From: Blastocatellia bacterium
Lineage (GTDB): Bacteria; Acidobacteriota; Blastocatellia; UBA7656
Length of the DNA: 64,000 nt
Direction: 5' to 3'
Assembly: GCA_963765495.1 (NCBI GenBank)
Contig: CAVXWP010000006.1
Location: 64,001-128,000, forward strand
Position numbers and translations under genes: made by a program. Every line of letters starts with the position of its first letter. Within the stretch, counting starts at the first letter, position 1. The notes below the pieces were generated by a model that was given only the letters and a program-made list of their open reading frames with translations, was not told the DNA's origin and did no database searches. Shown piece after piece: positions 40,522 to 51,100 of this stretch.

Positions 40522-42747
40522 ATGATACGAAAGATAAAATATAAAACCTGCCTGGTGTTGATGACCCTGTCGGCTTTGATTGCGCCGCAGGCCCTCTTTT
40601 CAGATACTGGTTTTGCCGCTGACTCAGGAAACCGTCGACACGGATCAGACGAGTATCAATACCCGTTTCAAAATCCGAACCTTTCGATTGAAGAGAGAGT
40701 CGGCAATATCATCTCTTTGATGACGCTGGATGAAAAAATAGCGTGTCTCGGCACGAATCCGAGCGTGCCGCGTCTGGGCATAAAAGGCAGCGGCCACGTT
40801 GAGGGCATTCATGGTCTGGCTCAGGGAGGTCCGGGCAGATGGGGCAGACCCACTGTAATTCCAACCACTACATTTCCGCAGGGGATTGGAATGGCTGAAA
40901 CCTGGGATACGGAAATCCTCAAACAGGCAGGCGCGGTCGAAGGCTTCGAGGCGCGATATATTTTTCAGAGCAGCAAGTACCATCAGGGCGGGTTGGTAAT
41001 AAGAGCGCCAAATGCCGATTTAGCCAGAGATCCGCGATGGGGAAGAACCGAAGAATGTTACGGCGAAGACCCTTATTTCAACGGAACGATGGCCGTGGCT
41101 TTTGTAAAAGGGCTTCAGGGCGACGACGCCCGATACTGGCAGGCGGCTTCGCTCTTAAAGCATTTTCTTGCAAACAGCAATGAAGACGGACGCGAAGGAT
41201 CATCCTCTGATTTCGATGAAAGACTGTTGCGAGAATATTACTCGGTCCCTTTCCGCATGGGCATAGTCGAAGGCGGAGCCCGGGCATTTATGGCCGCATA
41301 CAATGCTTATAACCGAATACCGATGACCGTTCATCCAATCCTGAAAGAGATAGCCGTAAAAGAATGGGGAGAGAACGGCATCATCTGTACCGACGCGGGT
41401 GGAATGAGGCTTATGGTCTCTGACCATAAATACTATCCCGACCTCGAACACGCTGCCGCCGCGTCCATCAAGGCGGGCATCAATCAGTTTTTGGACAGGT
41501 ACCCCGATGCGGTTCGTGGGGCGCTGAAAAATAATCTGCTCGCGGAAGCCGATATCGACGAAGCAATCAAAGGCAATTTCAGAGTTATGATTCACCTTGG
41601 ATTGCTTGACCCGCCGGAGATGGTTCCCTTCTCCAGTATCAAGGGGACCGAAGACCCGTGGCTCGGTGAAAGACATAAGGCGCTCGCCCGGCTTGTTACA
41701 CAAAAATCCATAGTGTTGTTGAAGAACTCAGCGAAATTATTGCCTCTCGCAAAACGGAGTGTGAAATCAATCGCCGTCATTGGCCCGCGCGCAGACAAAG
41801 TTTATCTGGACTGGTACAGCGGGACGCCCCCTTACACGGTTTCACCACTTGAAGGGATAAAGAACAAAGTCGAACCGGACGTTAAGGTGAGCTACGCGGC
41901 GGGCGATGATTACGAAGAGGCGATGGAAATCGCGCGCGGCAGTGATGTGGCTATAGTCTGCGTAGGCAATCATCCGACCGGAGGCGATAATGCCGGATGG
42001 AAGCAGGTTTCTCAGGCGAGCGAAGGGCGTGAAGCTGTTGACAGAAAATCGATAACGCTTGAGCAGGAAGATTTGATAAGGCGGGTGCAAAGGGCGAACC
42101 CGAAGACAATCGTAGTGCTGATCTCCAGTTTCCCTTATGCGATAAACTGGACCAAAGAAAACGTACCGGCCATCATACATATGACTCACAACTCTCAGGA
42201 GGAGGGGAACGCTCTGGCCGATGTATTGTTTGGCGATTACAACCCGGCAGGCAGGCTCGTCCAGACCTGGCCTCGCTCGCTTGATCAATTGCCGCCGATG
42301 ATGGATTACGATATACGCCACGGCAGGACGTATATGTATTTCAAAGGCGAACCGCTTTATCCATTTGGTTATGGTTTGAGCTACACTAACTTTTCATACT
42401 CGCGTCTTCGATCATCCTCGGCTTCTCTAAATCGGGCAGGGTCGATTCTTGTAAGAATGGATGTGAAGAACACCGGGAACCGGGCGGGCGAAGAGGTGAT
42501 TCAGATGTATGTGAAATATCTGAATTCCGCCGTGGAAAGACCCGTGAAAGAGTTGAAAGGTTTTAAACGCATAGCCCTGCGCCCGGGCGAGACAAAAACA
42601 GTCACGCTTGAGTTGAAAGCCGCGCGGCTTGCCTATTGGAACGCGGCCAAAAAGAGCTTTGAGGTTGAAAAAGGCAGGGTTCAAATAATGATCGGAGGCT
42701 CTTCTGCCGATATAAAATTGCGTAAGATAATAAGCGTTTCGCGTTAA
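40522..42747 (+). CDS. Glycoside hydrolase family 3 beta-glucosidase/xylosidase with Fn3-like domain, exported
   Basis: ARDPRWGRTEECYGEDP, LKHF, ICTDAGG nucleophile region, SIVLLKN, YPFGYGLSYT, KELKGF. Confidence 0.93.
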   Translation: MIRKIKYKTCLVLMTLSALIAPQALFSDTGFAADSGNRRHGSDEYQYPFQNPNLSIEERVGNIISLMTLDEKIACLGTNPSVPRLGIKGSGHVEGIHGLAQGGPGRWGRPTVIPTTTFPQGIGMAETWDTEILKQAGAVEGFEARYIFQSSKYHQGGLVIRAPNADLARDPRWGRTEECYGEDPYFNGTMAVAFVKGLQGDDARYWQAASLLKHFLANSNEDGREGSSSDFDERLLREYYSVPFRMGIVEGGARAFMAAYNAYNRIPMTVHPILKEIAVKEWGENGIICTDAGGMRLMVSDHKYYPDLEHAAAASIKAGINQFLDRYPDAVRGALKNNLLAEADIDEAIKGNFRVMIHLGLLDPPEMVPFSSIKGTEDPWLGERHKALARLVTQKSIVLLKNSAKLLPLAKRSVKSIAVIGPRADKVYLDWYSGTPPYTVSPLEGIKNKVEPDVKVSYAAGDDYEEAMEIARGSDVAIVCVGNHPTGGDNAGWKQVSQASEGREAVDRKSITLEQEDLIRRVQRANPKTIVVLISSFPYAINWTKENVPAIIHMTHNSQEEGNALADVLFGDYNPAGRLVQTWPRSLDQLPPMMDYDIRHGRTYMYFKGEPLYPFGYGLSYTNFSYSRLRSSSASLNRAGSILVRMDVKNTGNRAGEEVIQMYVKYLNSAVERPVKELKGFKRIALRPGETKTVTLELKAARLAYWNAAKKSFEVEKGRVQIMIGGSSADIKLRKIISVSR

Positions 42748-42749
42748 AA

Positions 42750-42835
42750 ACTCTGCGACTTTTTGCCTTTGCGAACAGCAGGTTCTCGCAAAGACGCGAA
42801 GTAGGCAAAGAATTTTCTGAGAATTGAATGACCTG
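42750..42835. mobile_element. Truncated MITE (right end only) related to 55440-55611
   Basis: gcaaagaattttctgagaattgaatgacctg matches gcaaagattttcctgagaattaaatgaacctg; internal ctttgcga/tcgcaaag palindrome. Confidence 0.6.
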
Positions 42836-42894
42836 AATCAATTGCCTGATTTACAAGCTTTCCTTCGGGCGACCTGTCATGATATATCCACCCT

Positions 42895-43782
42895 ATGAAA
42901 TATTTATCAGGCGTTATGCTCTGTTTGCTCGCTTCATTTGTTCTGGTCTGTTCGACTACTTCCGCCCTTACATCGGAATCGCTCCCGACAGATAAGAACG
43001 CGAGTTTCAAGGGGCCAATAGGGCTTCAGCTTTACAGCCTTCGCGATCAATTTGCAAAGGATGTACCGGCTACGCTCGATCAGGTCAAAAGCTTTGGCAT
43101 TGAATATGTGGAACTGGCCGGCACCTACAACCTCGCGCCTGAGAAATTCAAAGAGATGCTTGACCAGAGAGGGCTGAAACCGATCAGCGGCCATTTCCCC
43201 TATGAAGGGTTTCGCGACCACGTCGAAGACATAGCGCGCGACGCCAAGACACTTGGCCTCGAATATGTCGGCTGCGCCTGGATTCCGCATAAAGATCCTT
43301 TTGATGAGAAGACCTGTCGGGAGGCCATCGCGGTCTTCAATCGCGCGGGCGAAGCTCTACAAAAACACGGCTTGAAATTTTTCTATCACACACACGGTTA
43401 CGAATTTCAGCCCTACGGTAAAGGGACTCTGTTTGACCTGTTGATGGCCGAAACAAAGCCCCAATATGTCCGCTATCAGATGGATGTTTTCTGGATAGTC
43501 CATCCGGGCCGCAACCCTGTGGAGTTGCTCAAGAAATATCCGGGCCGCTTCGAGTTGATGCACGTCAAAGACATGAGAAAGGGAACGCCTACGGGGCTGC
43601 TCACAGGAAATTCGGATGTGAAAAACGACGTGGCGCTCGGCACGGGAATAATGGATTGGCCCGCGATTTTGAAAGCCGCTCAAAAGACCGGTGTGAAATG
43701 GTATTTCATCGAAGATGAATCTCCGACATCGGTTGAGCAAATCCCGCAGAGCCTGCGCTATCTGGAACAGGTGAAATTCTGA
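42895..43782 (+). CDS. Exported xylose-isomerase-like TIM barrel (sugar phosphate isomerase/epimerase family)
   Basis: Signal peptide; [31 protein letters not shown]. Confidence 0.88.
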   Translation: MKYLSGVMLCLLASFVLVCSTTSALTSESLPTDKNASFKGPIGLQLYSLRDQFAKDVPATLDQVKSFGIEYVELAGTYNLAPEKFKEMLDQRGLKPISGHFPYEGFRDHVEDIARDAKTLGLEYVGCAWIPHKDPFDEKTCREAIAVFNRAGEALQKHGLKFFYHTHGYEFQPYGKGTLFDLLMAETKPQYVRYQMDVFWIVHPGRNPVELLKKYPGRFELMHVKDMRKGTPTGLLTGNSDVKNDVALGTGIMDWPAILKAAQKTGVKWYFIEDESPTSVEQIPQSLRYLEQVKF

Positions 43783-43861
43783 TGATGCGTGATTCGTGAT
43801 TTAGCAGGTTTGCAAGCTGTCTAAACCTGCGCTCTATCGGATAGTCACGCATCACGCATCA
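43780..43861. repeat. GATGCGT-heptamer palindrome starting at a stop codon
   Basis: tgatgatgcgtgattcgtgat ... tcacgcatcacgcatca. Confidence 0.85.
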
Positions 43862-43865
43862 CTAT

Positions 43866-46274
43866 TCATCTGGCCCCGACGCGAGTGATCCTCCATTTCA
43901 CTTTGCCCCGAAGCGGATCATCTTTCAGACTGGCTCCCCTTTGATCCACGTTTAAGTTGAGCGTCTGGAGGTCTCCATCCGGGAGAGAGAAAAGGCCCGA
44001 AGCCGCCCCCCCGTCCGTACTGTATACGCGCAATTCGATGTCGCTCCAATTCATTTCCGCCGTGTTTTGAGCCACCTCTATGTGAGGGATGACGGAATGA
44101 TTTTTCACAAGCAGGACGACGGGTATTTGCCCGGATGTGATTCGATGCCACGCGGCCCCCTCATACACCTTGCCGGTTTGATAATCGATCCACGAGCCGG
44201 GCGGAAGATAGACATTGCGCTCTCTTGCCTCTTCGATCAAAGGAGCTACGAGGAGGTCTGAGCCGAACATATACTCGTCCTCGATAAACCACGATGTCGG
44301 GTCCTCGGGGTATTCGAAAAAGAGAGTGCGGAGCATCGGATAGCCGTGTGCGGATGAATCTTTTGCCTGAGCGTAGATGTAAGGCATGAGCGAGTACTTG
44401 AGCTCTATCGTGCGGCGATAATCGGCGACCATAGCTTCATCGTACTCCCACGGTTCTCTGGGCGGTGCGCCGTGCGCTCGCGTGTGTGAAGAGAGCGCGC
44501 CGAAGGCAAGCCACCGCAGGTAGAGATCACGCGGGGCCCGGTCTACGAAGCCGCCCGCATCGTGGCTCCAGTAGGTGAACCCCGACAGCCCGAACGAAAG
44601 ACCGCCCCTGAGTTCCGCCGCCATCGCGGAGTTTGTGTTTTCGGCATCGCCTCCCCAGTGCAAAGGGTAACGCTGGCTTCCGGCCCAGGCGCTTCTCGCC
44701 CAGATGATGGAGTCGCCGGTGATCTGTTTGGTGATGTCGGCCACGGTCTTGTTGTAGCGGAGAGGGTAAAGGTTATGTTCGTAGAGCCCTGTGCGCCCTG
44801 ACGCGTAAAGCCCGTTTGCCGGAGCGCCTTCTCCGAAATCCACCTTGATCGCGCCTACGCCCATGCGCAGGAGATTTGCTATCAACCCCTGATAATATTT
44901 CACCGCCTCGGGGTTGCTGAAATCCAGAACCGCATCTTCAAAAGGCAATGTCCCACCCTCGTTGCGCACGACGTAGCCCTTTTCGACTGCCTCCTTGTAA
45001 ATCTCGTTCTTGCTGCTGAAGTAAGGATATTGCCAGAGGCTTATGTGGAACCCCTCTTTCTTCAGATCGGCGATCATTTTGGCCGGGTCGCGGAAGCGCG
45101 AAGTCGAGAACTTATAATTGCTCCGCCAATCGGTCTCGAACCAGCCCGTGTCCAGATGTATGACATCGCTCGGAATCCGATATTGACGGAGTTTGGCCGC
45201 AACATCGCGGACTTCATCTTCCGACTTATAGGTAATCCGGCTCATCCAGAAACCAAAGGACCAGAGCGGCGGGACGGGACTGCGTCCTGTCAGGGCCGTG
45301 TACTCCGTGAGAATCTCTTTCGGGTCGCCGAGAAAGATAAACAGATCGAGGTTTTCATCCCCGGTGTATATGACATTGTGTTGATCAAATGTCTGCCCGA
45401 AATCGAAGGTTACGGGCGTGCTTGTGTGAACAAACATGCCGTAGCCGTTGCTGCTCATGAAGAATGGTATAGGCTTGTACATCCATTCATTCTGCACCCC
45501 CATCGCGTCTCTTGTATAAGCGACGATCTTTTGCCCGCGCTTGTTTAAGCGTGTGAATGATTCACCGCAACCGAAGATTTTTTCATCGGGCGATAGCTGA
45601 AAAGTGGCGGCCGTGCTTCGGCCCAGATCGCTTGCGCGGCGAATGAAGGAAAAAGGGATGGATGTGAAATATGTATGCGGGTCGCTAAGGTTTTGCGTGC
45701 GTGTCAACAGTCTTCCCTGGCTGTCGTAAAACTCTACGTGCCAGGGATTCTTGATAAGACGGACTTTGCCGTAGGCGCTCGTGTAGGTGACGGCCTCGTC
45801 GGTCTGTTCCATCTTCCACGAATTATCTTTTGGCACGGGACCGGCAAGCATAAGCGAAGGCGTTTCGCTTATAGGCTCGGAGCGAGTCGTAAACCGCAGC
45901 CGCACCGTGCGGGGACTTACAAAGGTTATTGAAAACGGCAGCGCCGGGTTTTCATCATACTCGGTCGAAGGGAATTCCGTGGACCTGCCTCTGGATAGCC
46001 CTATATCAATCTTGTTGAATGACAGAGTGGTCTGGCGCAGGTATCTTGCCCATTCTAGCGTGCCCGAGCCCGTGGCCGGATCGAAATTCATCACTCGATT
46101 CCCAACGAAATAGACCTGCTCCATCTTCTGAAAGTCCCGGCTGACATCTACCGGATCGCCAAGCACCTGAGCCTGACTGTTGCCGCTGAAAAAAAGGATT
46201 ATAAGGAGCAGCCCCGAAATACTTCCACTGCCGATCAGGCTACGATATTTATCAAGGCGAGATTTTAATACCAT
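43866..46274 (-). CDS. Glycoside hydrolase family 31 alpha-xylosidase (YicI-like), exported
   Basis: YKPIPFFMS, WSFGFWMSR, IKVDFGE nucleophile, HWGGD, WSHDAGGF, PREPW. Confidence 0.9.
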   Translation of the reverse strand: MVLKSRLDKYRSLIGSGSISGLLLIILFFSGNSQAQVLGDPVDVSRDFQKMEQVYFVGNRVMNFDPATGSGTLEWARYLRQTTLSFNKIDIGLSRGRSTEFPSTEYDENPALPFSITFVSPRTVRLRFTTRSEPISETPSLMLAGPVPKDNSWKMEQTDEAVTYTSAYGKVRLIKNPWHVEFYDSQGRLLTRTQNLSDPHTYFTSIPFSFIRRASDLGRSTAATFQLSPDEKIFGCGESFTRLNKRGQKIVAYTRDAMGVQNEWMYKPIPFFMSSNGYGMFVHTSTPVTFDFGQTFDQHNVIYTGDENLDLFIFLGDPKEILTEYTALTGRSPVPPLWSFGFWMSRITYKSEDEVRDVAAKLRQYRIPSDVIHLDTGWFETDWRSNYKFSTSRFRDPAKMIADLKKEGFHISLWQYPYFSSKNEIYKEAVEKGYVVRNEGGTLPFEDAVLDFSNPEAVKYYQGLIANLLRMGVGAIKVDFGEGAPANGLYASGRTGLYEHNLYPLRYNKTVADITKQITGDSIIWARSAWAGSQRYPLHWGGDAENTNSAMAAELRGGLSFGLSGFTYWSHDAGGFVDRAPRDLYLRWLAFGALSSHTRAHGAPPREPWEYDEAMVADYRRTIELKYSLMPYIYAQAKDSSAHGYPMLRTLFFEYPEDPTSWFIEDEYMFGSDLLVAPLIEEARERNVYLPPGSWIDYQTGKVYEGAAWHRITSGQIPVVLLVKNHSVIPHIEVAQNTAEMNWSDIELRVYSTDGGAASGLFSLPDGDLQTLNLNVDQRGASLKDDPLRGKVKWRITRVGAR

Positions 46275-46481
46275 TTATCCTCCAATTCTTTTGGGGGTAT
46301 CCCACACGCAAGCCACAAATATACGGGCTTTCGCGGATCGTTTCAGGCGATGCGTCTTTCTTGCTGGCAATCTTTTCGTCCTGATTCCTAAAGCGACCCA
46401 AGCAGTGTGGGCATCATATTCATATCCCGGAATCAATTCAAGAGGAAGGAGATAAAACGGGTAAAAAATGGCGGAAGAATC

Positions 46482-47828
46482 TTACTCTTCTTTAAATCGA
46501 AGTTCGTGGACGGTGAGAAGCGAAATCGTAGTGGGGATGCCGTTATCAACAGCAACCCGCAGAAGCGCCTGATAGTATTTCGGTGGACCTGACGAGTCGG
46601 CTATCTGGCGCAATCTTTCATTGATGTTCTTCAGGTAATCAGCGCTTGTGATATATTCGGCTGCGGCTTCTGTGCCTTCGCTGTGTATGCCCGCAAGGAT
46701 CATGACGGTGTTTTTATAAAAGATATTAGGCTTTATGGCGATCAGCCCGTAATCCTCTATCAGTTTGCCTGAGCCGTCGAATTTCGGTCTGTATTCGTGT
46801 TCCTCGCCCGGCAGCGGATTGTTGTTTACTATCGTTGCGTCGGATGTATAGCTGAAATCTTCCTTGATCGGCAGTTTGCCTGACCACTCGTTCACCCAGA
46901 CGCTCCCAAGAAGTATGACATTATGATTCTTTAGGTCTTCGGGACTTACGGTTCGGCTTTGCTTCAGGAGCGGGCTGCGACCTGCCTTGCGAAATGTATC
47001 CGTTATCCGCGCAAGGCCAATGGCTTCTCCCATCCCCGTGTATTCGTCCGTGCATAGGATGAGGCGGCCCAGACTGTGCTGGATCATGAATTTGTCTCCA
47101 ACCGCTTCGTTCAGATGCTTTATATTCTCAGGAGACAGGGCGATAGATTTTTGGAGCAGCACATCCGAATCCATCGGATTTATGAACCGATATACCGTAG
47201 GATTGCTCAATATCAAAAGCGTCTGGTCACTGTCTTTTAGAAAAGGCTCCCAGACGAGACCGAAATCTTCGGGAGGGGTCTGAGATGGGAATTCGCGAAT
47301 CTGCTGGCGCAGGCTCCGGTTCGATACGGCCAGCAACGTTGATAAGATTGCAAGCAATACGATCACCGAGGCTAAAGCAATAATCCACTTTCGATCCTTT
47401 GTTGGTTCAGCGGAAATTTCTTTACCCGGCAGAGATGCCATCTGCCGGGTAATATCGGTCTCTTTTTCAGCGAGAGGACCTGAATCCTCGCTTTCCGCGA
47501 GATAGGAAAAGACGGGATTGTAGTGGCCTTTGGGAAGGTCTATGAGTATCCTGTCGGCTTTGCCTTCCGTAGCATAATAATTCTCAAGCTTTGCCCGAAG
47601 ACGCTTCGCCTGTACACGCACCACCGAGTCGCTCCGAGGGCTAAATCTGTCAGTCCGTCCAAAGACTTCTGTGGCGATGGTGTATTCTTTTACGGCATCT
47701 TCCGGCTCGTCCACAGACTTGAGAACAACATATCGAAGGAAAGACTTCAGATTCTCCGATCCCTCCAGAGCGCGACTCTGAAGTATACGCTCAAGCTGAG
47801 CTAACTTGGCTTCCCTCTCCGGTTCCAT
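46482..47828 (-). CDS. Membrane-anchored one-component regulator (N-terminal winged-helix-like domain, TM, periplasmic sensor)
   Basis: LERILQS...FLRYVV...KEYTIATEVFGR...DSVVRVQAKRLRAKLENYY...IDLPKGHY; TM WIIALASVIVLLAIL; divergent from the TonB-dependent receptor. Confidence 0.78.
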   Translation of the reverse strand: MEPEREAKLAQLERILQSRALEGSENLKSFLRYVVLKSVDEPEDAVKEYTIATEVFGRTDRFSPRSDSVVRVQAKRLRAKLENYYATEGKADRILIDLPKGHYNPVFSYLAESEDSGPLAEKETDITRQMASLPGKEISAEPTKDRKWIIALASVIVLLAILSTLLAVSNRSLRQQIREFPSQTPPEDFGLVWEPFLKDSDQTLLILSNPTVYRFINPMDSDVLLQKSIALSPENIKHLNEAVGDKFMIQHSLGRLILCTDEYTGMGEAIGLARITDTFRKAGRSPLLKQSRTVSPEDLKNHNVILLGSVWVNEWSGKLPIKEDFSYTSDATIVNNNPLPGEEHEYRPKFDGSGKLIEDYGLIAIKPNIFYKNTVMILAGIHSEGTEAAAEYITSADYLKNINERLRQIADSSGPPKYYQALLRVAVDNGIPTTISLLTVHELRFKEE

Positions 47829-48103
47829 AGCCTCTTCTGATGTTATCTTTGCGTTTAACACTCTATTTAACAGGGATAAATTAAGTCAGGGCAGTCTTTA
47901 AACCCGCAACCCCATTATACACCTATTAACTTCCATGACAAGCCCATTTAAGGTATACTCTGGACCATCTTTTTAGGCTTGCAGTAATAGCATCTATAGA
48001 TATACTAGGTGACAACGACGTTAGCGGTTGAGGGGGAGTATACTCGGCCTGCTAGCACTTTGTTTTTTTTCTATTTTTCCGCTCAAAGCTTTGGAGGAGA
48101 ACT

Positions 48104-51100
48104 ATGAGGACACCAATGCACAAAATGCACAAACGAGTGCCCTTGTTTGGAGCGCTTAAAACGTGCCTCCTATTAGCAAGGGGATCGTTGACATTGCTGT
48201 TTCCCATTGTAATGGTGCTTCTGGTTGCGGCGTCAGCTCTCGCTCAGTCGTCAGGCAGTGCGACACTGAGGGGAAGGGTCACCGACCCGACTGGCGCGGT
48301 AGTCGGAAAGCTCGATGTTACTTTGGTGAACGAAGCGTCAAAGGACGAACGCAAGTCCAAGACAAACGACGAAGGTATTTACACCTTCAGCTCCGTGCCT
48401 CCCGGCATCTATACGGTGAAGGTGGAGGGCAGCGGGTTTAAGACGACCGAGCAGACGGGCATCAATTTAAGCCCGTCCGATACTCGCAGCGTCGACATCA
48501 CGCTGGAGATCGGCGAGATGGGCGAAACCGTCACGGTCATGGCTGCGCCTGAGCAGCTTCAAACCGAGACGGGAGCCAAGGAGAATACGATCACGGCAAA
48601 GCAGATTGACAACCTGTCGATCATCAGCCGCAGTTCAATCGAATTGTTGCGAATTCTCCCCGGCGTGGTCGCGCCGGATCAGGACCAGCTCGAAAGCGTC
48701 GGCTTTGTTTCAGGCGCAAATTCCAGCAACAACTACCACGTGAACGGGCTGAGGGGCGAGCAAAATGTCATTACGATTGACGGCTCGCGGATGATGGATA
48801 TTGGCGCAAACAATGGAAGCATCATAACTGCCAATCCTGACCTGGTACAGGAAGTAAAGGTTCAGACCAGCAATTACGCGGCTGAACACGGCACGAGCGC
48901 CGTACAGATAAGCGCAACGACGAAGGGCGGAAGCAGTGGTTTTCACGGCTCGCTCTACGATTACATGCGCGACCATCGCTTCGGTGCCAATGACAGGTCA
49001 AACAGCATCAACGGTATTGATAAGCCGAAGAGCCAGTACAACTATCCCGGCGGAAACATCGGGGGGCCAGTTATACTCCCCTGGACCAAGTTCAACCGCA
49101 ATCGGGATAAACTCTTTTTCTTTGTAGGCTATGAATATTATTATCAGCGTGTTGATGAAGGCTCGTCCTTAAGCGTCGTGCCCACCCTGAAACAGCGTGA
49201 AGGCGACTTCAGCGAGTTGCTTTCCGGCGGGGGAGCGAATCTGAACCAGGGGCCAACGGTCAATGTTCCGGTCGGGTGTACGGTAAACGGAGTTGGCGGA
49301 AACAACCCGGCGCCGAACAACAACATCGCGCCCTGTGCCGATCCTCTAGGCAAGACCCTGCTCGGTTTATTCCCGGCGCCGAACTTCAGCGATCCCAACA
49401 ACCGCTTCAATTATGTTTACAGCGTGCTCAGACCGAACGACAGAAACCAGTTCGTCTCGCGCGTTGACTATAGCATAAGCGACAGGACCAAACTCTATGT
49501 GCGTTTAGCGCGTGAGTATGAAGAGCAGGGATTCCCGCGCGGGCTCTGGTGGGATTCATCAAACTATGAAATCCCCGGCGACCTCCAGAGTAAAAATCTC
49601 GGACGTTCCGTCGTTGTCAACCTGACAAACATAGTCAGCCCGACTATGACAAACGAGATTCTGTTTAGCGCAAGCAAGCTGAAGCTCAATTATGATTTCG
49701 CAGACCCCGACAAAGTATCATACGATGCGTTGGGGCTGCAGAAGGTAGGCTTCTTCCCCGGCTCCAATCCCTATCTTCCGATAGGTGTTATTGACGCATG
49801 GGGCGGCGGAATTGGCGGCAACCTGCTTACCGCCTTTGGTTATCCGATTCTCGCCTGGAATGACAGCTTTGCCATCACGGATAATCTGACAAAGGTCTAC
49901 AACACGCACACGATGAAGTTTGGTGCGTTTATCGAACAGGCGAACAAGAGACAGCAGTCCAACCACGACACCGACATAGTGCTCGGGCAGTGGGGCCAGT
50001 CAAACGCCACCGGCAACAATTACGGCGATCTGTTTGTTGGGCGTCCGCTTGAGTTTACTCAATCGACGGATCGTCCGATAGACAACTTCCGTTACTACAA
50101 CTATGAGTTTTACGGTCAGGACAGCTGGAAAATCCGCCCGAACTTTACGCTTGAATACGGGCTGCGCATAGCGTATCTGCCCCAGAACTTCGAGCGAAAG
50201 GGTCTGGGCGTCCTCTTCGATCCGAATAAATACGATCCCAGCCAGGGAGTCTTCCTCAATGGCGACATCACCAAGCCAAACGGCTTTTTGCTGGCCGCCA
50301 GAGATGAAATTCCCAAGGGAGTGCTTCCCAACCCGGGTATAGCCTGGATGCCGCGTTTGAATTTCGCATGGGATGTTGGAGGCAAGGGTGACCTTGTCGT
50401 CCGTGCCGGCGCGGGCGTTTTCTATAACCGCGTGCAGGGCAACTATGACTACTACTCCAGCGGCCAGTTGCCAAACACCTATAGCGCTACGGTTGATACA
50501 CCGTGGGCATCGGCTACGGGTCTTACCTTCAGTGATCTGAGTAATGTTGATCCGTTCAGCATCATTCAGGGCGCTGCAATCAACGTTCAGTCTCGTGATG
50601 TCAACTCAAACGACCTTCCGAGAACTGCAAACATGAGTCTGACGATAGAGAAGAGACTGCCGGGCGGCAATCTCTTTACAGTGGCCTATGTCGGCACGCA
50701 GGGTCGTCATCTGCCGCAACAACGATCCATAAACATAGTGCCCGAAGGGGCGCTGCTTAGTGGAGTTGTAGGAAACTCGAACCTCTCCATCCCTGTAAAT
50801 CGGGCTGGTCTTGATGCCGCCGCGCTCAAGCCGTTCAGGCCGTTCCCGGCCTTTAACACGGTGAACGTTTTTCAGTTCACTGGAACTTCGACCTATCATT
50901 CTCTACAGGCAACCCTGAGCCATCAGTCCGGGAAGAACCTGCAGTACTTTGCCACATACACCTTTGCCAAGGCTCTCGGGACCGTAGCTACAAACGAAAG
51001 CGACGGATCAGCGTTTGCCGATCCGATAGACACGCGTGGCAGAAGCTGGGGCGTGTTGCCGTTTGATCGCACCCACGTTTTCAACCTGTCATATAACTAC

